Virus record (IMG/VR): IMGVR_UViG_3300002460_000037
Location: 1-56,640 of that record
Direction: 5' to 3' (one strand)
Length of the DNA: 56,640 nt
DNA from: a virus
Taxonomy: Duplodnaviria > Caudoviricetes
Below the pieces are notes generated by a model. It saw nothing but the letters and a program-made list of their open reading frames with translations, did not search any database and was not told the origin of the DNA. Shown piece after piece: positions 1 through 9,581 of this stretch (positions are counted from its first letter, which is position 1; each line of letters opens with the position of its first letter). Made by a program: the position numbers and the translations under genes.

Positions 1-18
1 CCCCGAAGATGCCCCGTC

Positions 19-75
19 ACCGCAATTTGCGGTTCCGAAGAAAAGCGGTAAAAATGCAAAAAAACCACCCGAAAG
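19..75 (+). repeat. Palindrome plus 42-bp phased A-tract element, copy 1
   Basis: ACCGCAA-T-TTGCGGT (19-33) is followed by 34-75, which matches the reverse complement of 45713-45754 at 38/42 positions. Confidence 0.8.
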
Positions 76-81
76 TTGTGC

Positions 82-2400
82 ATGTCGATTCTTGATGACA
101 TTCCTGAGACCATCCCGGAGCATCTTGCGTACAGGAAGTACATTCGCGAGTGGGTCGACACTTCGAGGAAGGTTAAGATCATTACGGAAAAGTGCCGTGA
201 GGATGGAGCTGATGGTTTTCTCTTTTTTCTGCGTAGTTTTGCGTGGTTACATGAGCCACGCCCGCGAGTGGAGAACGGGAAGCGGCTTCCAACCACTATT
301 CCGTTCATTCCGTGGCCGCATCAAACGCGAGCGGTCCATCAGATTTTTGGCACGCCTTCAGATCCCGTGTTTGGGTTCCATGATATTGGCTGTCTGGCTG
401 GCGATACGGTCGTGGTGACGGATCGGGGGCCAGTCATGATCAAGGATGTTCGTTTAAGCGACAAAGTTTGGGACGGAATTGAATTCGTCTCGCATGGAGG
501 TATTGTCAATCGTGGCAGGAAGCGAATCATTTCAGCGTATGGTTTACGACTTACTCCAGATCACTTGGTTTTAACTGTGAAGGGATGGCACCGTGCGGAC
601 AAAAGTTACGATCGGGCAAAGGTTCGGATGCCTGACAGTTCAGTCGATCTACGGTCGTCTGGAGAGAAACCTTCCTATGAAGGAGGTTCTTTCGAGGAAG
701 TCTACGATCTGGTCGACTGCGGACCAAGGAACAGGTTCGTAGTTCTGGGAGACGAACCTACGATCACGCACAATTGCGAAAAAAGTAGAGGAGAAGGGAT
801 GTCATGGCTGGTGCTGATGCTGTTTTTGCATCAATTCCTCTACGTGCCGCAAACCACGTACGGCGTGGTGAGCCGGACAATGGACGCGGTTGACAAGTCC
901 AACGACATGTCGGCTTTGCTGCCCAAGATTGATTGGGAGCTGAAGATGCTTCCGAAGTGGATGGTCGGATATCCAGGCGTCGACTACAAGCGTAACCACA
1001 CGGACCACACGTTTATCAATCTCAGGAACGGATCATCGATCGTCGGACACGCGACGGGCGGTGACCTGGCGTCAGGCGGGAGGACGACGGCGTTTTTGAT
1101 GGATGAGATGGCGAAGTTTCCCAAGCGGGAGGCTGAGGACGCGATGTCGTCGACGGAACCAGTTTCGGATTGTCGCATTCTCGTGTCGACTCCCAAGGGA
1201 AACACTGGCGCTTACGCCAGGGCGATGTCGGAAAAGTCCAGCATCGTCAAGATTCGTTTGCATTGGGCGGATAACCCACTTCGCAATCGTGGTCTGTATC
1301 GGGTCGTTGGCGGCCTGCCGATGGCGCTCGATCCGAACAATCCGCTCCCAATCGATTACGTCGAGCGGTGGAAGAGTTCGATTCGCGATGAGCTTCTAGA
1401 ACGCGGATTCTCTTTTACGAAGTCGGAAAGGTCTCCTTGGTACGACCAGAGATGCCTGCGCCCGAGAATGAATCCGACGAAGGTTGCCCAAGAGTACGAC
1501 ATTGATTACGTCGGCTCGGTGTCGAAGGTCTTTTCGGAAGTGCTGCTTGAGCGCCTCCGCATCGAGACGGTGAAGCCGGAAGTGATTCGGGGCGAGTTGA
1601 TTTTCAACGTTGAGGACTTTTTCCCAAAGTTCGTGGAGAACCAGGATGGACGGTTGCGGCTGTGGGTTCCGCTCGAAGGCAAGTCGCTCGTCCCTCCTAG
1701 GGAGATACCCTACGTCGTTGGGAATGATATCTGTTCTGGCCAAGCGGGACCAATGACCAGCAACTCCGTCGCGTCGATTGTTCAGCGGACGACTGGGATT
1801 AAAGTTGGTGAGTTCGCCAGCAATTCGATGCCTCCGCAGGATTTCGCGAACTACGCGATTGCGCTCTGCAAGTTCTTCAAGCACCAGACTGGCAACGAGG
1901 AAGTCGACGCCTACATGATCTGGGAGGACAATGGATACGGATCGTCCTTCCGCAATCAGGTCATAAAGATGGGTTTCCGTCATTTCTATCTTCGGACGGT
2001 GAGGGATTCGATCGGCCAGCAGAAGACGAAGAAGCCTGGCTTTCACACCGGGGTGGAAAGCAAGGTGAGTCTGATTGGTGAGTACCAGTACGCTCTCCAG
2101 CAGGGCATGTTCACTAACCCGTGCAAGGAATCGATCGACGAATGCGGCATGTACAATCGCACGCCTGATGGTTCGATTGAGTTTGAGGGGAACATGTCGG
2201 ACGATACGGCCACCGGCAGCAAGAAGGTCCACGGGGACCGGGTCATAGCGGACGCTGTGGCGTGGCATGCCTGCCAGGAATTCACGATTCGGAAGGGAAA
2301 AGGCGCGCCATCCGTACCAAATGCACCGCCGCCTGCCACCTCGTTCGCTGCTAGGCGTGAGAAGTATCTGGCCGACTTGGAACGGACAACGCTGTGGTAG
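82..2400 (+). CDS. terL: Terminase large subunit, intein-containing
   Basis: After splicing: DIG-CEKSRGEGMSW (Walker A region), TAFLMDE (Walker B), LVSTPKG coupling motif, nuclease motifs YVVGND and HGDRVIADA; lies upstream of the portal. ATG at 82 preferred over TTG at 76. Confidence 0.93.
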   Translation: MSILDDIPETIPEHLAYRKYIREWVDTSRKVKIITEKCREDGADGFLFFLRSFAWLHEPRPRVENGKRLPTTIPFIPWPHQTRAVHQIFGTPSDPVFGFHDIGCLAGDTVVVTDRGPVMIKDVRLSDKVWDGIEFVSHGGIVNRGRKRIISAYGLRLTPDHLVLTVKGWHRADKSYDRAKVRMPDSSVDLRSSGEKPSYEGGSFEEVYDLVDCGPRNRFVVLGDEPTITHNCEKSRGEGMSWLVLMLFLHQFLYVPQTTYGVVSRTMDAVDKSNDMSALLPKIDWELKMLPKWMVGYPGVDYKRNHTDHTFINLRNGSSIVGHATGGDLASGGRTTAFLMDEMAKFPKREAEDAMSSTEPVSDCRILVSTPKGNTGAYARAMSEKSSIVKIRLHWADNPLRNRGLYRVVGGLPMALDPNNPLPIDYVERWKSSIRDELLERGFSFTKSERSPWYDQRCLRPRMNPTKVAQEYDIDYVGSVSKVFSEVLLERLRIETVKPEVIRGELIFNVEDFFPKFVENQDGRLRLWVPLEGKSLVPPREIPYVVGNDICSGQAGPMTSNSVASIVQRTTGIKVGEFASNSMPPQDFANYAIALCKFFKHQTGNEEVDAYMIWEDNGYGSSFRNQVIKMGFRHFYLRTVRDSIGQQKTKKPGFHTGVESKVSLIGEYQYALQQGMFTNPCKESIDECGMYNRTPDGSIEFEGNMSDDTATGSKKVHGDRVIADAVAWHACQEFTIRKGKGAPSVPNAPPPATSFAARREKYLADLERTTLW
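391..774 (+). mobile_element. Mini-intein (128 aa) inserted just before the TerL Walker A motif
   Basis: Starts CLAGDT, block B LTPDHLVLT, block F VYDL, ends THN followed by +1 Cys; no in-frame endonuclease domain. Confidence 0.93.
593..742 (+). pseudogene. Remnant HNH homing endonuclease in the +1 frame inside the intein
   Basis: GTG at 593 reads MRTKVTIGQRFGCLTVQS/IYGRLERNLPMKEVLSRKSTIWSTADQGTGS*; the N-terminus resembles 47129 (INLAGKTFGRLTV) and the rest resembles the RL..GW..E.L tail of the same family. Confidence 0.65.
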
Positions 2401-3004
2401 GTCGCATCTCAGTGGCAAGCGATTCAAGCACTACACAGGCTGGCACGAACACACACTCTGATTCCCACGTCTTTGAAGATTGTGAAGCATGGAAAAACTC
2501 CGAGTACCATTTTTCAACGTTCCTTCTGAATGCCTGTCTTAACAACTGGAACGGCAGCAAGAACACTTCCCGCGAATCCTGGAAGTCGAAAACATGCAGC
2601 GTATAGTCGGTGAGTTTGGATTCGTCCAGAGTCCATCCGACTTTTCCAGCGCGTCCGCTACTTGGTAGCACACTCCACTTTTCAAGGGAAAGTTCAGGTT
2701 CAGGTTTTTCGCGGCCGTACTGTTTTTTTGTGATTTGAGATGGTAACGATTTCTTTGAACCGCTAGTCCCATGACTGTGGTTCCCTTTTGGTACTACGGT
2801 CTCTTTAAGCAGTTCTCCTAACTTGATGGTTGCTCTAATTTCAATCTCTGATATTTCCGCTCTCTGTTCCAGGGACCATTCCTGAAGGCGAGCGTACTTG
2901 CTGTAGGCAGCAACGCGGTCTACCAGTTCTTTTGCCGCGGGAATAGTAGCCACCCTAGCAATGGCAGTGGTGGCTTGGCTCATCCAGATAAGTTCGTTGC
3001 TCAC
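2351..3004 (-). pseudogene. Apparent in-frame fusion of a methylase-associated helical N-terminal domain and the C-terminal half of a putative nuclease
   Basis: EIEIRATIKLGELL...LPSQITKKQ resembles the leader domain of phage MTase-type genes; PELSLEKWSV..GWTLDESKLTDY resembles a separate neighbouring family; no MTase motifs; junction near 2720. Confidence 0.5.
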
Positions 3005-3013
3005 GAAATCTCC

Positions 3014-3105
3014 AAAAAAAGTCCCGTGGTCCTGAGCGATCGCAGACTTGTGACAGACGCGAAGAAGCTATCAGGACCACGGGGTTGAATTGCACTGTCT
3101 GTCAC
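3014..3105 (-). promoter_or_regulatory. Attenuator-like leader whose 5' segment is complementary to the loop of a terminator hairpin
   Basis: 13-bp stem 3023-3035/3071-3083 with a U7 tail (3014-3020); 3097-3105 is complementary to 3050-3058 in the loop. Confidence 0.65.
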
Positions 3106-3113
3106 TGCCAGAT

Positions 3114-3154
3114 AGACTAGTGTGTTTGCATGCGGAAGGCAATGTCGGTACATT
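3114..3154. promoter_or_regulatory. Divergent sigma70-like promoters
   Basis: Plus: TTGCAT(3126)-17-TACATT(3149). Minus: TTGCCT(3142)-17-TAGTCT(3119). Confidence 0.55.
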
Positions 3155-3196
3155 GTTCTGGTAGCCTGGCTAGAACTTCACTTTGGAGGAATTTCG

Positions 3197-3406
3197 ATGA
3201 ACGCGCTAAAGCAAGCACAGATGGCGGCCAATGAGTGCCGCGGCGAGCAGGGAGTCACCAACGGCGAGGACGGCAACGGCGAACCCAAGTCCAATACGGA
3301 GCATCCGTGGGATTGTGGTGACCATGCAGGCGCCAAGTCTCCTGGTGTCAGCATGAACGGGCAGACAGGCCCGTCACCGGGCACTCGCGGCGGCGGCGGT
3401 TACTAA
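3197..3406 (+). CDS. Small Gly-rich hypothetical protein
   Basis: GGAGGA RBS before ATG 3197; first gene after the plus-strand promoter. Confidence 0.65.
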   Translation: MNALKQAQMAANECRGEQGVTNGEDGNGEPKSNTEHPWDCGDHAGAKSPGVSMNGQTGPSPGTRGGGGY

Positions 3407-3441
3407 GATCGTCATCCTTGGGATGCGGATCGCTCTCCAGT

Positions 3442-3499
3442 GCCGGCCTGCTGATTTGCGAGACGTGCGTCAAGCACGGGCAGAGCCGGCCTCTTTTTT
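3442..3499 (+). terminator. Branched hairpin with U-tract
   Basis: GCCGGC-CTGC...GCAG-A-GCCGGC followed by CTCTTTTTT. Confidence 0.45.
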
Positions 3500-3519
3500 C
3501 ACAGAAAGCAGTCGGTGTC

Positions 3520-3759
3520 ATGGCCAAAGACATCAATAGCAAGGCGAGTGACGGCGGAGACCTGGACGGCGAGAACGTGAACGCGCTGGACGCCGTGCGG
3601 GGTATGTGCCGATCAGTCGCCAATGAGCAAGGTGGCGGGATCCCGGACAGCGAGATCGTGATCCCGCCAAACGAGCCTGACGACCGGGAATCGTTGACCC
3701 GCGATGAATCCGAGTGGGGTGAGTCTCCTGACGACTACCAGACCGGCGACGGTGGCTAA
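3520..3759 (+). CDS. Small acidic hypothetical protein
   Basis: ATG 3520, D/E-rich, directly upstream of the portal RBS. Confidence 0.6.
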   Translation: MAKDINSKASDGGDLDGENVNALDAVRGMCRSVANEQGGGIPDSEIVIPPNEPDDRESLTRDESEWGESPDDYQTGDGG

Positions 3760-3770
3760 GGAGTCGCTCG

Positions 3771-5579
3771 TTGGCAACACAGTTTAATCCGCTGGACGAC
3801 CGCAGCCTTAGAAAGCTACGGGACGCGATCAAGTGGTCGCGTCGACAACTGTCGACGTTCACTCGTCAGTACGTCGACAATCTCAAGATGTACGTTGGCA
3901 AGCGGTACGGTCATGGCGGCTCGTCTGGCAAGATGCCGTTGAACATGGCTCGGCTGGCCGTCGACGTATGGCAGCGGAAGCTGGTCACGAAATCACCGGA
4001 AGTTTTGGCGATCACACCCAACCCGCTAATCAAGCCTGGTGCCCATTTGTTGGAAATGGGAATGGCGGTCCTGCTGCGAGAGATCAATTTCGCCGAGTCG
4101 TTACAGGAAGTGACGAAGCTCGCATTGCTGGGATTCGGCGCGATGCGCGTGGGGCTCTCGCCGCGTGTTCCATACGGTCATCCGAATTACCTGTTCGACC
4201 CCGGGCAACCGTACGCCGATCCAATTCTGTGGGAGAATTGGGTTCACGATTTCAATGCCCGCCGCAAAGACGAGTGGGATTATGCGGGCGATAAGTCGTT
4301 GCTTGATTACGAAGAAATCATGGAGAACCCGGAGTTGGATGAACGCGCGAAGCGTAACATCGACCGGGAATGGAGACAGGGTGACGACGACGACTTTGGA
4401 GAAGGCAAGGAAATCGCGTCGTCAATTTCCAAGGAGGACGACGTATTCAAGCACGACGAAGGGGAATACCGTCAGCGAGTCGAAGTGTGGAACCTTTGGC
4501 TTCCGATGGATAACTTGGAAGTCCAACTCCCAGTTCAGAACGATTGCCCGCCGTTGCTCATCAAGGAGTTCGAGGGTCCAGATAATGGACCGTTGCATTT
4601 GCTTTCGTTCTGCCAAGTGCCCGGTAACGTCATGGGTTCGGACCCAACGTCACTCCTATACGACATGAACGATTTGCTGAACAGGATGTTCGTCAAGATC
4701 GGACGGCAAGGGGAGCGTCAGAAGACGCTGCTGATGGTTGACCCGGTGGCAGCTGGCGATGGCACTATCCAGCGGATCAAGGATGCTTCGGATGGCGACA
4801 TTATCACCGCCACGCGGCCCGAAGCGGCCAAGGAAGTTGGCAATGGTGGCGTCAATCAGAATTCGATGGCTTTGACAGTCTGGTTGCGTCAGATGGCATC
4901 CTACATGGGCGGCAACATCGACTTGCTCGGCGGTCTGTCGAGTCAATCGCCAACAGCTCGTCAGGACCAGATCCTTTCCGAGTCGGGTAGTGAACTCGTT
5001 TCGTACATGCAAGGCGAGGTTGAGACTTTCACGACTCGCGTGTGTCAGGATCTTGCGGGCCTCTTGCACCGTGATCCGATCTTGACGCTGACACTGACGC
5101 ATCACGTGCCTGGCACGGATATCGAGATTCCGTTGCGGTATGGTCCGGAGGAACGCGACTGGGATCTGTACGAGGCGACAATCCAGATCATTCCGTACAC
5201 GCTACGGTCGCAGAGTCCGGAACAGAGATTGACCAAGATCCTTCAGATTGTGACGCAAGTCATTGGTCCGCTCATGCCACTGGCGATGCAACAGGGTCAG
5301 CAGTTGAACATGGCCGCGTTGCTGGCATTGATCGCGAAGTATTCCAACCTGGAGGAATTGAACGATCTGTTCGTGAAGTCGGGGATGCCTCCGATGGGTC
5401 AGCAAGGTGGTGGTCCAGAACGGCCTGGCATGCCGTCCAATAGCGAGCGCCGGTACGTGCGGGAGAATGTTTCAGGTGGAGGGACGGCTAATGCGCGTGA
5501 TTCTGTCTTGATGCAAACTCTCTTGGGTGGAAACTCACAGGTTACTCCGCAGCAGGTAGCTTCCGCGAGTATTGTCTAA
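3771..5579 (+). CDS. Portal protein (podovirus/P22-like)
   Basis: 602 aa, AAGGAG RBS with TTG start, between terL and scaffold, TARQDQIL motif typical of the TATE-like portal stem, Q/M/G-rich tail. Confidence 0.85.
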   Translation: MATQFNPLDDRSLRKLRDAIKWSRRQLSTFTRQYVDNLKMYVGKRYGHGGSSGKMPLNMARLAVDVWQRKLVTKSPEVLAITPNPLIKPGAHLLEMGMAVLLREINFAESLQEVTKLALLGFGAMRVGLSPRVPYGHPNYLFDPGQPYADPILWENWVHDFNARRKDEWDYAGDKSLLDYEEIMENPELDERAKRNIDREWRQGDDDDFGEGKEIASSISKEDDVFKHDEGEYRQRVEVWNLWLPMDNLEVQLPVQNDCPPLLIKEFEGPDNGPLHLLSFCQVPGNVMGSDPTSLLYDMNDLLNRMFVKIGRQGERQKTLLMVDPVAAGDGTIQRIKDASDGDIITATRPEAAKEVGNGGVNQNSMALTVWLRQMASYMGGNIDLLGGLSSQSPTARQDQILSESGSELVSYMQGEVETFTTRVCQDLAGLLHRDPILTLTLTHHVPGTDIEIPLRYGPEERDWDLYEATIQIIPYTLRSQSPEQRLTKILQIVTQVIGPLMPLAMQQGQQLNMAALLALIAKYSNLEELNDLFVKSGMPPMGQQGGGPERPGMPSNSERRYVRENVSGGGTANARDSVLMQTLLGGNSQVTPQQVASASIV

Positions 5580-5580
5580 C

Positions 5581-6042
5581 ATGGGCAAGAACAAGCTGAC
5601 CGACGAAATTCGTAAGGCCGTGAAGTCGCAACTCACAGCCAAGCCTGAGCCGCACAGGCGAGTCAGGACGCGCAAGCGGATCGCTGGTGGAGGAGAGAAG
5701 ATCAGAACCAAACTGAAATGGCCGTTCCACTCGGAATCGATGGGCGTCAACCCAGAGCAGTGCGAAGCAGCCGAGGCGGCTGCGCGGCACAATGGCGTTC
5801 CCGTGGAGTTTGACCGGGAGACTGGTGCCGCGATCATTACTGGTCCGGAACAGTACAACAAGCTGGCCAAGTCGATTGGTATGAAAACTGGCCGGGACGG
5901 GTTTGAAATTCCAGGAGTTCAGACTGGTCGCCGCCAGCAGCAGGAACGGGAAAAACGGCAGCGGATAATCGATGCGCTGGAAAATATGCGTGGCGATGAC
6001 CAGCGTGAAATGAACCGGATCTTGTCTGGGCAGTTGGAGTAA
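5581..6042 (+). CDS. Portal-adjacent hypothetical protein
   Basis: WPFHSESMGVNPEQ..GVPVEFD motif; typical position after the portal. Confidence 0.7.
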   Translation: MGKNKLTDEIRKAVKSQLTAKPEPHRRVRTRKRIAGGGEKIRTKLKWPFHSESMGVNPEQCEAAEAAARHNGVPVEFDRETGAAIITGPEQYNKLAKSIGMKTGRDGFEIPGVQTGRRQQQEREKRQRIIDALENMRGDDQREMNRILSGQLE

Positions 6043-6056
6043 AAAAGCTCGTAATG

Positions 6057-6085
6057 TTGACAGTCTGCGCTTTGTGTGGCACACT
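6057..6085 (+). promoter_or_regulatory. sigma70-like promoter for the head genes
   Basis: TTGACA-17-CACACT with TG upstream of the -10 box. Confidence 0.6.
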
Positions 6086-6091
6086 GTTCGA

Positions 6092-6222
6092 CAGTCCAGA
6101 TAACATTGAGGGTCGCTTTCGAGCGGCTCATGACAAGAGTAACAGCCGGACTTAGCTCCCCGGTCAGTTAGCTTGTACCTAACGCAACTCCGTCAAGGGG
6201 GTCGCCGGAACGGCCCTTTTTT
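6092..6222 (+). ncRNA. Candidate structured leader ending in an intrinsic terminator
   Basis: Hairpins GGGTCGC/GCGGCTC, GCCGG/CCGGT and GTTAG/CTAAC, the last two enclosed by GAGT/ACTC; terminator stem at 6195-6222. Confidence 0.5.
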
Positions 6223-6241
6223 CGTATGCGGAGTTTGCACA

Positions 6242-7525
6242 ATGGCGAAAAACGCTCCAGTCTCGCCGGTCTTTACGCAGGTTGCGGAAGGCTCTGAAGA
6301 CGATTTCGATTTTGACAGCGGCGCTGATCCGGCGATGCGTGATGTGGCCGTGCCTGGCAGGGACGATCAGACTCGATCGTCGAATCTGCCCGATGCGTTT
6401 TCCGCGGAAGACATGGCGGAAGCGGAACGTGACGGATCGGCGCCGGAACGGCCCGGATCTTCCTCCGGCAGGGACGCACAGGGACGATTCGCCCGCCAAC
6501 AGCAAGAACAATCCGTTGGGGACAGACCCAACGAAGGCGCGCCACCTCCACGGCAGCAACGGCCACAGGGCCAGCAGCCGCAAGGCGCGCAGCGTGAGGA
6601 ATCTGGCGATGTGGTGTTTCCGCCAGAGTTGTTACGCGAAGCGGGAATGACCGAGCAACAGGCTCGGCATCAATTCCAGACGCCAGATGTTCTGGAGAGA
6701 GCGTTGGCGTTCCATGACAGCCAGTTGATCAGGTCGAAGTTACCACCGACTGGCACCCCTCCGGCTTTCAATCAGCAGCCGGCGTTCCAAGCCCCTTTGC
6801 AGCGGCAGCAATATCAGCAGCCGTTTCAGCCTCAGCCGAGCCAGCAGGTTCAGCAGCAAGGCCAGCAACAGCAGCAACAGGGGTATCAGCCACAAGAACA
6901 GCAGCAGCCTACGGGCGTGCAGAAGTTCAATCTGGCGTTGGATCCGGCCCAGTACGAACCGGAGGTTATTCAGGCGTTCAATGGATTGAACGACCATTAC
7001 CACCAGCAGCTTCAACGCCAGCAGCAGGAAGTGGAATTCCTGCGTAATGCGATGGGGCAGGTGGTGCAGTCGCATCGCGTGGAAGCCCAGAAAGCCTACT
7101 ACAACGAGTTCGACCAGATAGTGAACTCGCTGGGCGATGAATACAAGGAGGTATTTGGCGAGGGGTCGGTGAACGACTTGGATCGATCGAGTCCGCATTG
7201 GCAGAACAGGGCTGTCCTTGACAACGCTGTTTTGGCGTATCAACAAGCTCTTTCGGAGAGAGGCATGGCGCCTGTGTCAACAAAGACGGCGATTCTCAAG
7301 GCGGTGCGAGCGGAGTTTCCTCAACAATACGACACCACAATTCGCAATGGAGTGACTTCAGCCATTGGGCAACGGCAACGGCAATTCTCGCCTCGACCGG
7401 CTGGTCGCAGAACAGGTAATCCGGGGAATCTTTCTCCGGAGGCACTGGCGATCAGTAACGTCGAGCGGATCCTGCAAGAGCGGGGACACGAATCGCCACT
7501 CGCCGAACAAGAAGTCAGCTTCTGA
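6242..7525 (+). CDS. Capsid scaffolding protein
   Basis: Disordered Q/P-rich N-half, RDAQGRFA motif, helical C-half, immediately upstream of the capsid gene. Confidence 0.75.
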   Translation: MAKNAPVSPVFTQVAEGSEDDFDFDSGADPAMRDVAVPGRDDQTRSSNLPDAFSAEDMAEAERDGSAPERPGSSSGRDAQGRFARQQQEQSVGDRPNEGAPPPRQQRPQGQQPQGAQREESGDVVFPPELLREAGMTEQQARHQFQTPDVLERALAFHDSQLIRSKLPPTGTPPAFNQQPAFQAPLQRQQYQQPFQPQPSQQVQQQGQQQQQQGYQPQEQQQPTGVQKFNLALDPAQYEPEVIQAFNGLNDHYHQQLQRQQQEVEFLRNAMGQVVQSHRVEAQKAYYNEFDQIVNSLGDEYKEVFGEGSVNDLDRSSPHWQNRAVLDNAVLAYQQALSERGMAPVSTKTAILKAVRAEFPQQYDTTIRNGVTSAIGQRQRQFSPRPAGRRTGNPGNLSPEALAISNVERILQERGHESPLAEQEVSF

Positions 7526-7544
7526 GCGTGAAGGAAAATAGATC

Positions 7545-8588
7545 ATGGCACTTACCGCGCAAGATGTCGCTGACGTTGTCGCGACTACTCTGTACGACCT
7601 TGGCCCGATGAAGATGCAGCAGATTGGGCAGGCTCGGCAGTATTATGAAGTCTACTCGAAGTGGTTCAAGAAGGACAAAGTCACGTTTGAGTCCGGTCAA
7701 GGGATTCAACGGACCCTGATGAACCGCGTTGACCAGGAAGCGGCGGCCCACGTTGGGTACACCGATCCGGATTCTGTCAACATCGTGAATGTGATCGATC
7801 AGCTCCAGATCCCGTGGCGACATTTACGCGGGCAATGGGGGTTGATCTACCAGACCGATATCCTGATGAATTCCGGAAAGGCGTTGGTACTAAACGTAAT
7901 CAAGCCGCGACGGCTGGCCGCAATGCTTCGGATCATTGAGTTGATCGAGGACAGCGGGTTCAGCTCGCCATCGAGCAGCTCTGACAAGACGGAGCCGTTC
8001 GGGATCAAGTATTGGGTCGTGAAGAACAATACGACTGGCTTTAACGGTGGCGCGGCCTCTGGCCACACGACCGTTGGCGGTGTGGATCTGTCGGATTCGC
8101 CGACGTTCAAGAACTACTCGGCCCAGTACACGACCGTCTCGAAGACGGACATGATCAAGAAATGGCGGACGGCACACCGGAAGTGCCGGTTTATTTCTCC
8201 GATCACGGTCCAGGACTACCGCGGTTCGATGGGCGAGCGTTATAGAAATTACGTCAACGAGACGACCATTTCGGTGCTCGAGGACGTTGGCGAGGCTCAG
8301 AATATGAACCTTGGCCGGGATGTCGCGTCGATGGACGGTCAGATGACGTTCAAGCGGTCGCCGATCATGTGGGTGCCGAAGTTGGACGACGACACGACCA
8401 ACCCGGTCTACATGATCGACCACAGCACGTTCTATCCGGTCGTGCTGAAGGGTGACTACTTGCGTGAAGGTGCCGCAACGCCAAGCCCGTTGCAACACAA
8501 TACCTACCAGGTGTTCGTTGACCTCTCATATAACATCCTTTGCGTCGACAGAAGGCGCAATGCTGTGCTGGCAACGGATACCGACTAA
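7545..8588 (+). CDS. Major capsid protein (HK97 fold)
   Basis: 347 aa, AAGGA RBS, follows scaffold; C-terminal NILCVDRRRNAVL pattern typical of this capsid class. Confidence 0.85.
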   Translation: MALTAQDVADVVATTLYDLGPMKMQQIGQARQYYEVYSKWFKKDKVTFESGQGIQRTLMNRVDQEAAAHVGYTDPDSVNIVNVIDQLQIPWRHLRGQWGLIYQTDILMNSGKALVLNVIKPRRLAAMLRIIELIEDSGFSSPSSSSDKTEPFGIKYWVVKNNTTGFNGGAASGHTTVGGVDLSDSPTFKNYSAQYTTVSKTDMIKKWRTAHRKCRFISPITVQDYRGSMGERYRNYVNETTISVLEDVGEAQNMNLGRDVASMDGQMTFKRSPIMWVPKLDDDTTNPVYMIDHSTFYPVVLKGDYLREGAATPSPLQHNTYQVFVDLSYNILCVDRRRNAVLATDTD

Positions 8589-8709
8589 CTGAGCGTTTAA
8601 CTCTGTGCTCCTGGCACAGGGACGAAGTGCCCAATGCTGGTTTGTTCCGGCATGAACCTTTCAGCCTGGCGGGGGCGTCGGGTCAGTCTTTGTTTTGGGA
8701 GTCCTGGTT

Positions 8710-9567
8710 ATGACTAACAGTTTTGGAGTGAATAGTCTCGCGACCCGTGGTCCGAGCCGCGCTGTGTGGGGGAACCTCTTCTCTTCGCTTCGGGACGATC
8801 CGTCGCGAGGAGTGTTGTTCTTCGACGACTTTGTCAATCACCCGGCGCACATTTCATCGCAGACGATTGGCAATTACGCCAGCTATATCGACACTGGCGT
8901 AACGTTGAAGTCGATTCCGACCGCCACTTTGGAAAACGGAGAGGCCGGAGTGTTTGAGGTGGCTGGCAACGACGCCACGCATGATGAAGGGTCAATCACG
9001 ACTGGCGGCGGTAGCGGCACGTTTCTGAAGATCAGTGACACAGCCGCCGAGAAGGGCGGAGTGTATTTCGAGGCCCGAGTCAAGAAGGCGACGGTGGCGA
9101 CGGTCGATACTGGCTTCTTCGTTGGATTGTCCGAGGAAGGGGCCCAGACCGCTGACGCGATGGTGGACACGACTGGCGTGCTCATCACCACGAAGGACTT
9201 CATCGGGTTCCATTGTTTTGGCGGAACGACCGGCAGCGGCTCCGTCGTGAGAGCCATGTACCAGAAGGCGAGTCAGACTTCGCAGTCCATTGTCGCCACG
9301 GCTAAGACGATGGTGGCTGACACTTGGGTCAAGTTTGGCTTCAAGTATCAGCCGTGGCTCGGTGCGGATCGTCAGATTACCTACGTGGTCGACGGAGTGG
9401 AATTGGGGACGTACGTGACAGCGACGAACATTGCCGCGGCGACGTTCCCGGACGGCGAGGAATTGGCGATGACGTTCCTGACGAAGAACTTCCTCACCAC
9501 GACGGAAAGCAAGCTGCAAATGGATTGGTGGTGCGCCGCCCAGTTATTCCCTGGCGTGGTTCCGTAA
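8710..9567 (+). CDS. Virion structural protein (decoration or lectin-like beta-sandwich)
   Basis: FFDDF motif, YFEARVK, TYVVDGV, MDWWCAAQ; T/G-rich; follows capsid gene. Confidence 0.65.
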   Translation: MTNSFGVNSLATRGPSRAVWGNLFSSLRDDPSRGVLFFDDFVNHPAHISSQTIGNYASYIDTGVTLKSIPTATLENGEAGVFEVAGNDATHDEGSITTGGGSGTFLKISDTAAEKGGVYFEARVKKATVATVDTGFFVGLSEEGAQTADAMVDTTGVLITTKDFIGFHCFGGTTGSGSVVRAMYQKASQTSQSIVATAKTMVADTWVKFGFKYQPWLGADRQITYVVDGVELGTYVTATNIAAATFPDGEELAMTFLTKNFLTTTESKLQMDWWCAAQLFPGVVP

Positions 9568-9581
9568 GACCTTTCCTGAGT

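Noticed and set aside
1396-2427. Long antisense ORFs (also 39972-40970 and 41790-42866)
   Set aside because: Opposite well-supported genes in GC-rich DNA; no RBS or motifs
6760-7030. CAG-rich repeats
   Set aside because: Ordinary poly-Gln low complexity within the scaffold protein
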